Counted from the stretch's first letter, positions 19,014 through 29,678 are shown. The stretch is 64,000 nt of DNA from Thermodesulfobacteriota bacterium (GCA_965216785.1 OZ244197.1:352001-416000); one strand, 5' to 3'. Program-made: numbers and translations. The notes: a model not told the origin generated them from the sequence alone.

Positions 19014-19877
19014 TTACAAAAGAGATTCAATTCTATCAAGGATATCTTTACTAAGTGAACCCGTCGCAACCTCCTCCACAGCGCCCCTCATCTTGATCGT
19101 CCAATCCTCTCTGATCTCGATATCGAGCTCTCCTCCGGGCATGGCGATGGTTACGTTTGCGTCAGTGAGAGAGTTCTTTACGCAGGCTGAAGCTACGGCG
19201 CAGGAGCTGCTGCCGGAAGCAAGGGTGTACCCTGCCCCTCTTTCCCAGATAAGAATCTCGACCCTGTCTCTTGAGACGGGCTTTGCGATCTGCACATTAA
19301 TGCGGTTTGGAAACATCTCGTGGTTTTCTATCAGCGGACCTACGAGCTTGATGTAACCTTCGTCTAGTTCGTCCATGAACACAACGCAGTGAGGGTTTCC
19401 CACGGATACCGCGGTGAACTTAAGCGGCTCTCCCTCGACAATTATCTCTTCGCCAACCACCTCTCTGTCTTCTCCTGCTACGGGTATGAGTGTACTTTTA
19501 AAGGTTGCCTCTCCCATTTCAACCGTAACGTAAGGCACCCGCCCGTCTTCTATCTCAAGCTCTGCAGTAACAATGCCGCCCAGGGTATCGATAGTAAACT
19601 TTTCGTTATGGGCATGGCCGTGCTCATAGAGATACTTCGCAAAGATCCTGAGACCGTTTCCGCTTTTCTCTGCCTCACTACCGTCGGGGTTAAGTATCCT
19701 GAGACCGAAATCGGTTCTATCTGAGGGTACCAACAAAAGTATGCCGTCAGAGCCGATGCCGTAATTTCTGTCGCATAGAAGTTTTGTAATTTCCGGGTTC
19801 AGATCGAACGTCAGATCCGATGAGTCCATGACGAAATAGTCGTTCCCAAGTCCGTGCGATTTTACAAATCGGTTCAT
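19014..19877 (-). CDS. dapF: Diaminopimelate epimerase
   Basis: KSHGLGNDY, GIGSDG, NPDGSEAEKSGNG, VGNPHCV, WERGAGYTLASGS. Confidence 0.92.
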   Translation of the reverse strand: MNRFVKSHGLGNDYFVMDSSDLTFDLNPEITKLLCDRNYGIGSDGILLLVPSDRTDFGLRILNPDGSEAEKSGNGLRIFAKYLYEHGHAHNEKFTIDTLGGIVTAELEIEDGRVPYVTVEMGEATFKSTLIPVAGEDREVVGEEIIVEGEPLKFTAVSVGNPHCVVFMDELDEGYIKLVGPLIENHEMFPNRINVQIAKPVSRDRVEILIWERGAGYTLASGSSSCAVASACVKNSLTDANVTIAMPGGELDIEIREDWTIKMRGAVEEVATGSLSKDILDRIESLL

Positions 19878-19998
19878 ATCATCTACTCCCTAATAGGCGC
19901 TAAATTTAAGTTAAGATTAGATTATACATTGGAGAACTCAACAATTACGTATATTTAGTTACTTATCTTTTAAAAGACGGCTGTGAAACCGAGCGAGA

Positions 19999-20673
19999 CT
20001 ACTCGAGAATTACATTTCCGCCGTAACCCCGTTTTCTGAGTTTGGAGGCCGCTTTCTTTGCGTCTTTTTCGCTGGAATACCTGCCTACCCTGACTCTGTG
20101 GTAATCATCTCCATTTACCTTCACTGTCTCGATCCTTACTTCATCATACTCTATGTCCAGTCTCTTTTTAACATTAACAGCGGAAGCCCTTTCCTTGTAT
20201 GATCCCACCTGTACCGTGTAGTTAGCGTCAAAATAGCTGCCGCTCCTCGAAGAAGGCGTGGACATAACTTCCACTTTAACCTTAACGGTGCCTTTCTGTA
20301 TCATGTCGATCGCTTTGGCGGGCGCGTGTGAGAGGTCAATGATGCGGTCTCCTACAAAAGGACCCCTGTCGTTAATCTTAACCACAACATCGCGTCCATT
20401 CTCTAGATTGGTCACGCGTACAACAGTGCCCATGGGAAGACTTTTATGAGCAGCGGTATAGGCGTACTTACTGAACTTCTCGCCGCTCGCGGCATAATTA
20501 TTGTGCTCTTCGATCCCATACCAGGAGGCTATGCCGACTTGTGTATGCCCCTCGGTTACGTAGGGCTTTTCCTCGGTGGTGCCTTCATATACGTCCGTAG
20601 TAGGGACAGATTTTTTACCGCATGAGAAAAACACCGGAATCACTATCAATAGGAGTAATGCCTTAATACGCAT
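19999..20673 (-). CDS. rlpA: RlpA lytic transglycosylase lipoprotein with SPOR domain
   Basis: Lipobox FFSC; GIASWYG, TAAHKSLP, INDRGPF, IIDLS; C-terminal VQVGSY..RVRVG SPOR. Confidence 0.93.
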   Translation of the reverse strand: MRIKALLLLIVIPVFFSCGKKSVPTTDVYEGTTEEKPYVTEGHTQVGIASWYGIEEHNNYAASGEKFSKYAYTAAHKSLPMGTVVRVTNLENGRDVVVKINDRGPFVGDRIIDLSHAPAKAIDMIQKGTVKVKVEVMSTPSSRSGSYFDANYTVQVGSYKERASAVNVKKRLDIEYDEVRIETVKVNGDDYHRVRVGRYSSEKDAKKAASKLRKRGYGGNVILE

Positions 20674-20739
20674 ATAAAGAAATTTAACACAATGACGCTA
20701 ATTTCTAAAGATTGTTACTCGCTCCTGCCCGGGACTTTA

Positions 20740-21117
20740 CTAACTTTCAGGCTTGGAGACAATTTCTACTCTTACCCTTGTGACGCCCCGGCTTAAGATA
20801 CCTATGCTGCTGGCAGCAGCGCGGGAAATATCTATGATACGTCCCCTGATGAAGGGCCCCCTGTCGTTTACTGTAATAACAACATCTTTTCCGTTCCTCA
20901 GATTAATAACTCTTACCAGAGTACCGAAGGGGAGGCTCCTGTGGGCTCCGGTAAATGAGTGCTGGTCAAACCTTTCTCCGCTAGCCGTCTTTTTCCCTTG
21001 AAAAGATTTCCCATACCACGAGGCATTTCCGTACTGCGGATAGACTTCGCCCGAGATTGCGAAAAGCGGTAGTAATAAAAACAATATGGCGGCTGTTGGT
21101 ATGAAGAATTTAATCAT
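20740..21117 (-). CDS. RlpA-family DPBB protein (single domain)
   Basis: GNASWYG, TASGE, AHRSLPFGT, VNDRGPF, IIDIS. Confidence 0.9.
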   Translation of the reverse strand: MIKFFIPTAAILFLLLPLFAISGEVYPQYGNASWYGKSFQGKKTASGERFDQHSFTGAHRSLPFGTLVRVINLRNGKDVVITVNDRGPFIRGRIIDISRAAASSIGILSRGVTRVRVEIVSKPES

Positions 21118-21151
21118 AGATACCCGTCCCCAGAACTATTCTCCCTTAATT

Positions 21152-21170
21152 TCCTTGAGATTGTCAAGGA
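21152..21170. promoter_or_regulatory. Palindromic operator-like site between divergent genes
   Basis: TCCTTGA-N5-TCAAGGA perfect 7-bp inverted repeat; contains TTGACA on the minus strand. Confidence 0.4.
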
Positions 21171-21220
21171 TTCGCATACAATTATCCAAAATACGATAAG
21201 ACGGAACCAGACAATAAACT

Positions 21221-22408
21221 ATGCAGCAGACACTTGAAGATTTTTCACTCATTAGAAGACTCCCGCCCTATGTGTTCAACATAGTAAACGAGTTAAAGTA
21301 CAGGGCCAGAGCCAGGGGAGAGGATATTATCGACCTTGGGATGGGAAATCCGGACCAGGCCACTCCCGAGCATATTGTAAAGAAGCTCGTTGAAGCCTCT
21401 GAGGACCCAAGGGCGCACCGCTACTCCGCCTCGGCAGGCATTCCCAAGCTCAGGCTCGCGATATGCGACTGGTATAAGAGAATGCACGGCGTGGAGCTTG
21501 ACCCTGAAACTGAGGCCGTTGTCACAATAGGCTCAAAAGAGGGAATATCGCATCTTATGCTCTCTATACTATCGCCCGGGGATATGGTGATCGTGCCTAA
21601 CCCGGCATACCCGATACACCTGTATTCGGTGATTATATCCAGGGGAGACGTGCAGAGCGTCCCGTTAACCGAGGGGCCGGAGCTCATTGAGTCGATCGAA
21701 AAAACCGTAAAAGAAGTATGGCCAAAGCCCAAAGTGCTGATGATATCATTTCCGAATAACCCGACGACCCATACGGTGGATTTGGACTTTTTTAAGGACA
21801 TATACGAGCTGGCAAAGGAGACGGGGCTTATAGTAGTTCACGATTTCGCATACGCTGAGCTCTGTTTTGACGGATATAAAGCGCCGAGCTTCCTTGAGGT
21901 TCCGGGCGCAAAGGAAGTGGGGGTTGAGTTCTACTCTCTGTCAAAGAGCTACAACATGCCGGGCTGGCGCGTGGGGTTCATGGTGGGAAATCCGAAGATA
22001 GTGGCCGCGCTTAAAAGGATTAAAAGCTATATGGACTACGGTATCTTCACGCCTATTCAGGTTGCCGCCATAGCGGCTTTAAACGGCCCGCAGGACTGTG
22101 TTGACGAGATACGAAACCTCTATAAGCTCCGCCGCGACAGACTGGTCGAAGGACTGTCCAGAGCGGGATGGGAAATACCCAAACCCAAAGGCACAATGTT
22201 CGTATGGGCTGAAATACCAGAAGAGTTTAAGCAAATGGGGTCGCTTGAGTTCTCTAAACTCCTTATAGAGGAGGCTAAAGTGGCCGTATCGCCCGGCGTA
22301 GGGTTCGGCAATTACGGAGAAGGATATTTAAGACTCGCCCTTGTGGAAAATGAGAAGAGGATAATGCAGGCCGTAAGAGGAATAAGAAAATTTCTCAACA
22401 GTAAGTAA
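21221..22408 (+). CDS. alaC: Class I/II PLP aminotransferase, AlaC-like
   Basis: [59 protein letters not shown]. Confidence 0.75.
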   Translation: MQQTLEDFSLIRRLPPYVFNIVNELKYRARARGEDIIDLGMGNPDQATPEHIVKKLVEASEDPRAHRYSASAGIPKLRLAICDWYKRMHGVELDPETEAVVTIGSKEGISHLMLSILSPGDMVIVPNPAYPIHLYSVIISRGDVQSVPLTEGPELIESIEKTVKEVWPKPKVLMISFPNNPTTHTVDLDFFKDIYELAKETGLIVVHDFAYAELCFDGYKAPSFLEVPGAKEVGVEFYSLSKSYNMPGWRVGFMVGNPKIVAALKRIKSYMDYGIFTPIQVAAIAALNGPQDCVDEIRNLYKLRRDRLVEGLSRAGWEIPKPKGTMFVWAEIPEEFKQMGSLEFSKLLIEEAKVAVSPGVGFGNYGEGYLRLALVENEKRIMQAVRGIRKFLNSK

Positions 22409-22422
22409 CCCTTCTTAAGCTC

Positions 22423-25400
22423 TTAATAGTCAAAGTTGAAAAAGAGGTCCGCTCCCGTTTCGTCCCCGATCGCACTTTCAACGGTTAAGAAATCAAAGAT
22501 TCTGTATTCTACTACAGCTCTGTTAGCGGTTACGATGGACGACTGCACCCCCGGGCTGAAGAAATATCTTTCATAGAAAAAACGCTCGTAGGAATATCGC
22601 TCATACCCTACATAGAGGTCTTCTGTCACGTATTTACCTACCTCAATACCTGTTTCGCCAAACCCGGTCTGACCCCCTTTTATCGTAATAACATCTACAG
22701 CGAATTGGTCCCCGAACATGTCGCGGATCTCATCTACCGCCATGCTGCCAAGAAATTCGCCTGCTTTTTCCTGAAAAGCTACCCGGTCATCCGCCCCCAG
22801 GCTCTCGGAGGATGTACCGAATACTAAATATGAGACTATTTCGTTCTCATCAAGTGGAGGGTCGCTCGAGAGCTGAATTTTGGGCTTTTCCGCAGTGCCC
22901 GTTATGTTTATATACACTTCGATGTTAGATATCTCATAAAGCGCCCGGACATCGATAAACGGATTTATTATTTCCTTACCCCTGAAGCTCACCGTACCAC
23001 CCTGGATGACAAAGAGTTTGCCCATGAACTGATATTCACCCCTTACTACATCTATGTTTCCGGTCACGATGTAAGGCTCTTTTAATTTCTTATTGATCTC
23101 GAGCCTACCCTCAACTTCGATATTAGCACCGCTTCCCTTAACCCACGAGTCTTTGGGAATATCGACATTAAGCTTCATTTCCACATACTCTATGAAATAA
23201 TCTATTTCACCTTTTCCGGTATATATAAACTCCTCGCGCTCAGCTTCTCTCTGGTTTACGAATTTGATATTCTCTACGACCTTAATGGGCTTTTCGGGAA
23301 CGATCACCTCTATGTCCCGTGCTGTTATGTCTCCTGTGATGAGAGCGTTTAACATTTCTCCCTTAACGTCGATCTGCCCGTCCATCCTGGCCGTAACCTC
23401 AGCCGGAGTAGCCTTTACCATGAGTCCGTTCAAGGCGCCCTTACCCGAGTACTTGAGAGTACGGAAATCCACACTGCCCTCAAACGTTCCTTCCCCTTCC
23501 TCAGTCAGTATTTTAAGCGGGTGGAGTTTTCCCTTCTTACCGCTCATTTCAAAAACGGCCTCTGGTATTCGGAGCTTATTCGCAAGAGAGTACATTTGAA
23601 AATTTACGTCTTTTACTTCTATCTTTCCGTTTATATTAGGGTCCATTCCGCTGCCCGACGCACTCAGATCGACAATTAATCTCCCGTCAATAGTTTTAAG
23701 CTCCTCGTTAAATGCTATGAGCGGGCTAAGATCAATACCGTCCGATTTTATATTCGCGTTGAACGTAGTGTTCTGAAAGCTTTTTTCGAAGTCCTTTTGA
23801 GTAAGATCGACCTTGGCCTTTGCCGTAGCCGAAAGGATGGACTTTGAGTTCTCAAATACGTGAAAGCCAAGATCAATATCGCCTTTTGAGAATAGTACAT
23901 CTAGGGTGATCTGATCGCTATTAAAATTCATGTACTGCAAGTTACTCGCCTGAATACTGGCGTTTACATCAGGGAAATTGAGAGACGGCCCGAAATTGAG
24001 TACGCCAGAGACCTGACCTTTTAGGGGAAATTGAAAATTGAGGAGCTCGGAAACATCTAGAAGATCGATCTTTTTGAGCTCGATTTTTGCTTGAAGAGTG
24101 TTGTCGAATCCGACTTCGGCATCGCCTATTATGTAATTATCCTTATGATGTAAATTAAAAGAGCGAAGTGTCAATCTATCCTTGAATATCTTTACATCCA
24201 CAGGCTCCTTATTTGTAAGTACCGACTTTTCGATGTTGAGGTTGATATTATCGACTTCAAGAGCGGTCTCATCCCCCATCAGATCCCTGAGCTTAAAGTC
24301 CATTGAATATTTCCTCGTCTTAGTTTCGAGAATCTTCAAGTTACCGTCCACACCGCCTGCCGCGCTCTTTGCGTTGAACTTTACGGTCTCGATGTCTCTT
24401 CCATTAAAAAAAGTGTCCCTGAGTGTTCCGCCTGCGCGTAGACTCAGGTCTGAAAAATCAAAATTAGTGGCGCCCGACAAATCGAACCTTCTAATTTTCA
24501 ATGCATCGCTGTCATAAGAGAAATCTAAACCTGTTGTTGTAAATGTGAGCTTAGGCGCATCAATGTCACCGCTCAATTTTCCTTTGGCGTTCAGAGAGCC
24601 TTGTAGCAGAGCATCCTGGGTAAATGTAGAGACGACGCTTAGGTCTTTAATATCGATATCGTAATTAATCCCGCGGGTGCCGGGACCTCCGAATGTCCCG
24701 CTCGCATTGGCGTTTATCTTATCGGAATTAAGGACAAGCGATTTTAAAGTGAGGACGTTGTTACTAAACGAGGCATCGATTCTCCCACGCTCCAAACTCA
24801 TATCAAATATACTCGAGGGCTCAAACTCGGCCTTAACCGAGCCTTCGAAATTCTGTGGAAACTCACCCTCTAAACCTAAAACACCCTTAAGCTTGAAGCT
24901 CGAGTTCAGATCGCTCTTGTATAGATCGTCCTCCAAGAGTGGGGCCAGATTGGCGTTTAAAAATTTTACATCGAAATCATAGTCCAGTGTGGAGTCGGCC
25001 AGTTTAAGCGGCCCGGTCAGATTTATTTCACCTGCGGTTCCGCTTACAATTTTAAGGTCTTTAAAATCAAAAAGCGCACTGAAAGACTCTGAGTCGCTCC
25101 AGCTACCCTTAAAGTTGATATCAGAATTTACGTCCGCACTGTATTTTTGCGCTATTTCTTCATCACTAAGCTCCTCTGATTGCTGAAAGAGCTTTAGCAC
25201 CTCCGCAGTCTGAAGCGCCTCGAGAGATATATTTATATCAACAGTGTTATTCCCGCTTCCCTCCATCATCTCTTCCAAATAAAGACTCCCTTCAAGAGAT
25301 GCCTGACCGAAATCGGTATTTAGCGTACCCTCGGTAAAATCCAAATCATTACCCTTAATGATGATCCTATCTACCCCACCCCCGATTTTTGTATCCATAA

Positions 25401-26316
25401 GCAGCGAATCCACAAGCTTAAGCTCGGCTGTGGCGTCAATCTCTTCATAGTCCTTATATAGACCCCTGGTTTTTATCTCAAGATTAACACTTCCCGCATC
25501 TCCAAGATCAATACCCAGAGCTGAGGCTTTGAAATTGAAGCTCGGATTTTCAAACTTTCTGATCGTGCCCTCTAGAGAGACGTCCGCACGACCGAGAAGA
25601 AAGCTCAGGTGCTTTATACTGAGCTTGTCCATTTTTTCGTTTATTGAGTAAGTAGCTTTTCCTGAAGCTTCATTAAGGTGTACCTCGAAGTTCTCCTGAT
25701 CGTGATATCTGGCAATCAGATCACCGTTATCGAGTTCCACCTCAATATTCTCTATCAATTTCAGCACCTTGAGGCTCAAATCCAGGTTGTTGAGCTCGTA
25801 CTCTATGAGCTCGTTCTTGATACGGTCGTTTACGAATATTCTGACATCTGACCCCTTGGCGTTTTGAATAAAGACGTTCCAATCTGTGGGATCACGCCAC
25901 TCGCGGGGCTTGAAAGGCTCGAGCACCTCGTAGTTCCATGATTTGTCAGGGTAATAAATCAGGTTTAGGCGCAGCCCCTTTGTAGTCAATTTTTCTATCG
26001 GGATCAGCTTACTGAATAGAGTGGAGCTATCGAGCATCAATGGAAGGGAATAGTCTATAAAAATTTCATCTATATCGAGAAAGTCCTCGTTGTCGATTTT
26101 AAAGCTGACGTCCTTGAGCACAACTCCGCGTAAAAAATTCCCTTCTATGCTGCCGATGTAGAATTCCTGATCGGTGAGTGCATTAATTACGGAGTTTGCG
26201 GATACTCTGACGAATTCCCTAAAATAGCGGGTCTGTACCAAAAAAAACAGGATTGCCGCTAATAAAGCAAGTATCAATAGGAATATTCCGATAGGCTTGA
26301 GTACGGTTGAGCGCAT
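22423..26316 (-). CDS. tamB: TamB/AsmA-family translocation and assembly module protein
   Basis: N-terminal TM anchor, long beta-rich body, C-terminal DUF490-type LSSDPPLDENEIVSYLVFG...EVGKYVTEDLYVGY. Confidence 0.85.
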   Translation of the reverse strand: MRSTVLKPIGIFLLILALLAAILFFLVQTRYFREFVRVSANSVINALTDQEFYIGSIEGNFLRGVVLKDVSFKIDNEDFLDIDEIFIDYSLPLMLDSSTLFSKLIPIEKLTTKGLRLNLIYYPDKSWNYEVLEPFKPREWRDPTDWNVFIQNAKGSDVRIFVNDRIKNELIEYELNNLDLSLKVLKLIENIEVELDNGDLIARYHDQENFEVHLNEASGKATYSINEKMDKLSIKHLSFLLGRADVSLEGTIRKFENPSFNFKASALGIDLGDAGSVNLEIKTRGLYKDYEEIDATAELKLVDSLLMDTKIGGGVDRIIIKGNDLDFTEGTLNTDFGQASLEGSLYLEEMMEGSGNNTVDINISLEALQTAEVLKLFQQSEELSDEEIAQKYSADVNSDINFKGSWSDSESFSALFDFKDLKIVSGTAGEINLTGPLKLADSTLDYDFDVKFLNANLAPLLEDDLYKSDLNSSFKLKGVLGLEGEFPQNFEGSVKAEFEPSSIFDMSLERGRIDASFSNNVLTLKSLVLNSDKINANASGTFGGPGTRGINYDIDIKDLSVVSTFTQDALLQGSLNAKGKLSGDIDAPKLTFTTTGLDFSYDSDALKIRRFDLSGATNFDFSDLSLRAGGTLRDTFFNGRDIETVKFNAKSAAGGVDGNLKILETKTRKYSMDFKLRDLMGDETALEVDNINLNIEKSVLTNKEPVDVKIFKDRLTLRSFNLHHKDNYIIGDAEVGFDNTLQAKIELKKIDLLDVSELLNFQFPLKGQVSGVLNFGPSLNFPDVNASIQASNLQYMNFNSDQITLDVLFSKGDIDLGFHVFENSKSILSATAKAKVDLTQKDFEKSFQNTTFNANIKSDGIDLSPLIAFNEELKTIDGRLIVDLSASGSGMDPNINGKIEVKDVNFQMYSLANKLRIPEAVFEMSGKKGKLHPLKILTEEGEGTFEGSVDFRTLKYSGKGALNGLMVKATPAEVTARMDGQIDVKGEMLNALITGDITARDIEVIVPEKPIKVVENIKFVNQREAEREEFIYTGKGEIDYFIEYVEMKLNVDIPKDSWVKGSGANIEVEGRLEINKKLKEPYIVTGNIDVVRGEYQFMGKLFVIQGGTVSFRGKEIINPFIDVRALYEISNIEVYINITGTAEKPKIQLSSDPPLDENEIVSYLVFGTSSESLGADDRVAFQEKAGEFLGSMAVDEIRDMFGDQFAVDVITIKGGQTGFGETGIEVGKYVTEDLYVGYERYSYERFFYERYFFSPGVQSSIVTANRAVVEYRIFDFLTVESAIGDETGADLFFNFDY

Positions 26317-26583
26317 GTCTCTAACTCTGAATTATAACATAAGGGCCTAAAAAAAGAATTAAAATCGGGCTTTTACAGCTAAAACGAAAACCGAAACTTA
26401 ATATTCATAGCTACAAAGACTTAAGCCCTGAACTCTACAATTAAATATACCCAACACCTGGGGGAAAAGAGCTGTATTGAGGGCTTATGTGCTTATCTTA
26501 ACCCTGTCTTAATATTAGAACTTGCTAAGCCAATAATGCTCAGATAATATTCTCAGGACTCTAGATTTACCATAAATTCCCCT

Positions 26584-28188
26584 ATGCCTAAACTAACTAT
26601 AGACGGAAAGGAATTAGAGGTTGAAGACGGCCTGAATCTGATTGAGGCCGCCTCGCGAATCGGGGTGGAAATACCCCATTTTTGCTATCATCCCGCGCTT
26701 AGCGTAGTGGCGCAGTGCAGACAATGCTTGGTAGAGGTGGAAGGTGTGCCTAAGGTAATGCCCGCCTGTAATACTTACGTGAGAGAAGGGCTTATAGTTA
26801 AGACAAATTCAGAGCGTGCCGTAGAGGCCAGAAAGGCAACAGTTGAATTTACACTTATCAACCACCCGCTCGACTGTCCGATCTGCGATAAAGGCGGTGA
26901 ATGCCCGCTTCAGATGACCACAGTCTCACACGGACCCGGTTACAGCCGCTTTGAAGGCCCTGAGGAAAAGAAGGTAAGACAGAAATATTACCTGAGCGAT
27001 AAAATTATATATGACCCCAACCGCTGCATTATGTGTACAAGGTGCGTAAGGTTTACGGATGAGGTGACACAAACGGGCGAGCTTGGATATGAGGGAAGAG
27101 GATTCAGGAAGAAAATCGTGGTTTTCCCCGGAAAGAATCTGGATAACGAGCTTTCCGGAAACGTTACCGACCTTTGCCCCGTGGGCGCGCTGCTTAATAA
27201 AGATACGCTTCATAAGGAGCGAGTCTGGTATTGGAAATTCACGGATACTGTGTGCTCGCTTTGTAGTAACGGCTGCAACATAACAGTCGGAGTAGACCCG
27301 AGAAAGGGAAAAGTCGCCAGAGTGAGACCTAGAACGAATACGGATGTTAACGACTACTGGATATGCGATAGGGGCCGCTATGAGTGGACAGATATACAGG
27401 ACGCGGATAAACGCCTTAAGGACCCTATTATAAGAAGGGGCGAGGGGTATGAGATAACGGATTGGGAAGAGGCGTTAAGCTTCACGGCTGAAAGGCTTGT
27501 TGAGGAAAGTCGTAAGCCTCTGCAATCAATCGCATTTTTAACCTCGGCAGCATTAACCAACGAAGAGCTTTATCTGTTTAAAAAAATTGGAGAAACGCTG
27601 GGAAGCAATAATATCGCTTCTAGCATAGGCCTTATTAACGATAAAAAGACTTTTGGCCTGCTCAGCTCGGATCCCTACCCTAACAGCACGGGAGTGAAGG
27701 ACCTGGGGTATCCATACGGTTCGAACATGGTTTTTGAGGTCATAGAGTCAATTATGGAAGGCAAGATTAAATCCCTCTATACGGCCGGAATAGATATTTT
27801 TGATTTTGTGAAGCAAGAGGATAAGCCAAGGCTAAGTGACGCGCTATCCAGGCTCTCTTTATTCGTAGCTCAGGATGTAATGCTTACCGAGACGCTCAGA
27901 CTTTCGCACGTGATACTCCCCGGAGCAAGCGCATATGAAAAAGACGGCACATTTACAAACGACAGGGGAAGGGTGCAGAGAGTAAGAAAGGCGATAACGC
28001 CTCCCGGCACCGCGAAAGCGGACTGGGAGATACTATCACTAATAGGAAAAGAGATCGACGAAACGCTATTTGGCTACAAAGACCCGGGAGACGTCATGGA
28101 CTCTATTGCCAGCGAGTTTCCGGCATACGGTGGTATATCCTACGATAATATCGGAATGCTCGGTATAATGAGATCGGGCCCGGCTTGA
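26584..28188 (+). CDS. nuoG: NADH-quinone oxidoreductase subunit G (short form)
   Basis: IPHFCYHP..CRQC..C (N1b), HPLDCPICDKGGEC (N5), CIMCTRC..LCPVGAL (N4), CSLCSNGC..C (N7), EKDGTFTN..GRVQR. Confidence 0.9.
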   Translation: MPKLTIDGKELEVEDGLNLIEAASRIGVEIPHFCYHPALSVVAQCRQCLVEVEGVPKVMPACNTYVREGLIVKTNSERAVEARKATVEFTLINHPLDCPICDKGGECPLQMTTVSHGPGYSRFEGPEEKKVRQKYYLSDKIIYDPNRCIMCTRCVRFTDEVTQTGELGYEGRGFRKKIVVFPGKNLDNELSGNVTDLCPVGALLNKDTLHKERVWYWKFTDTVCSLCSNGCNITVGVDPRKGKVARVRPRTNTDVNDYWICDRGRYEWTDIQDADKRLKDPIIRRGEGYEITDWEEALSFTAERLVEESRKPLQSIAFLTSAALTNEELYLFKKIGETLGSNNIASSIGLINDKKTFGLLSSDPYPNSTGVKDLGYPYGSNMVFEVIESIMEGKIKSLYTAGIDIFDFVKQEDKPRLSDALSRLSLFVAQDVMLTETLRLSHVILPGASAYEKDGTFTNDRGRVQRVRKAITPPGTAKADWEILSLIGKEIDETLFGYKDPGDVMDSIASEFPAYGGISYDNIGMLGIMRSGPA

Positions 28189-28204
28189 GGAATAAAAACT
28201 ACAC

Positions 28205-29269
28205 ATGATTTATGCAGAACTGGGATTTACGCTCTTAAAAATTGCCCTTCTTTTATTCGTAGTGCTTACGCTCGTAGCGTACCTGACGCTTGCGGAGAGA
28301 CGCGTGAGCGCGTTTATACAGGACAGGCTGGGCCCGAACCGAGTGGGCCCGTTCGGCTTTCTGCAGCCGCTTGCAGACGGTATCAAATTTATATTTAAAG
28401 AAGATATAGTCCCGAAAGAGGCAAACAGACCTCTATTTATAGTGGCGCCCGCCTTTGCATTGGTTACAGCGCTTATAGCCCTTGCAGTAGTGCCGATCGG
28501 AAGGGGTTTTGAAACAGACGTATTCGGCCTGCTACAGGAGCCTCTGTTTGTGAAGCTTCAGATTGCGGACTTAAACGTAGGTGTGCTTTACGTGCTCGCT
28601 ATCGGGTCTTTGAGTGTATATGGAGTTGTGCTCGGAGGCTGGGCGTCAAACAGTAAATACTCTTTTCTCGGAGGACTCAGGGGCGCGGCGCAAATGATAA
28701 GCTATGAGCTTGCTATGGGTATATCCATACTGGGCGTTATTGCGTGGACAGGGTCACTCAGGCTTCAAGATATAATAGAAGCTCAGTCACATTACTGGTT
28801 TATATTCCCTCAGATACTTGGCGGCATAGTATTCATAATAGCCGCGTTTGCGGAGACAAACAGGCTGCCGTTCGATATGCCCGAAGCAGAGCCCGAGATT
28901 GTGGCAGGCTATCACACGGAGTACAGCAGTATGAAATTTGCCATGTTCTTTATGGCAGAGTACACGCACATGATTGTGGTGTCGTGCCTCGTAGTGGCGC
29001 TCTTTTTCGGCGGGTGGTACCCGCTTCCCTGGGGAGGCTGGTTCGGAATAGATATAGATACGTACTGGTATCTGCCGCCGCTCGTATTCGTAGGAAAGGT
29101 GCTCGCGTTCCTGTTCTTTTTCATCTGGGTAAGGTTCACCCTGCCCCGCTTCCGCTATGATCAGGTGATGAACCTCGGTTGGAAAGTACTCTTCCCCATA
29201 GCCATACTGAACATCATCGTGATCAGTATAGCCATCCTGGTGCTTCAGCACTATGGGTATCTTAGCTGA
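28205..29269 (+). CDS. nuoH: NADH-quinone oxidoreductase subunit H
   Basis: QDRLGPNRVGP, LQPLADGIK, AQMISYE, AETNRLPFD.PEAE, PRFRYDQ. Confidence 0.97.
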   Translation: MIYAELGFTLLKIALLLFVVLTLVAYLTLAERRVSAFIQDRLGPNRVGPFGFLQPLADGIKFIFKEDIVPKEANRPLFIVAPAFALVTALIALAVVPIGRGFETDVFGLLQEPLFVKLQIADLNVGVLYVLAIGSLSVYGVVLGGWASNSKYSFLGGLRGAAQMISYELAMGISILGVIAWTGSLRLQDIIEAQSHYWFIFPQILGGIVFIIAAFAETNRLPFDMPEAEPEIVAGYHTEYSSMKFAMFFMAEYTHMIVVSCLVVALFFGGWYPLPWGGWFGIDIDTYWYLPPLVFVGKVLAFLFFFIWVRFTLPRFRYDQVMNLGWKVLFPIAILNIIVISIAILVLQHYGYLS

Positions 29270-29315
29270 TTCTATCTTTTAAATATTGAATTAGGGTAAA
29301 ACGAGAGCGGTTAAG

Positions 29316-29678
29316 CTAATCGTCCTTCTGAACCATCGTGATTTCGTCTTTTTTATTGGGCACGACGCACAGGAACTCAAAAGGCTCGTCGCTGAGCACT
29401 TCGTAAAAGTGGGGTACGCCCGCGGGGATAAAAACGACGTCGTCTTTCTCGACTTCGAATACCTCATCTCCGATCCCGATTTTAGCTCTGCCGCTTAGCA
29501 CATACTGTTCGTGCTCAACGGTATTGGTGTGAGCTGGTATGCCACCACCGGGCTCCATTACAAACCGCCTCATTGCGAAGTTAGGCGACTCGTCAGGGCC
29601 GATTAGCACCTGAGTATGGGTTAGCCTTCCAGCTTCGACTTTTTTCAGGCTTATATCGTTTATGTTTTTTACAGGCAT
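29316..29678 (-). CDS. Cupin domain protein
   Basis: FAMRRF..EPGG.IP.HT..VEHEQYVLSG...DVVFIPAGVPH. Confidence 0.88.
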   Translation of the reverse strand: MPVKNINDISLKKVEAGRLTHTQVLIGPDESPNFAMRRFVMEPGGGIPAHTNTVEHEQYVLSGRAKIGIGDEVFEVEKDDVVFIPAGVPHFYEVLSDEPFEFLCVVPNKKDEITMVQKDD

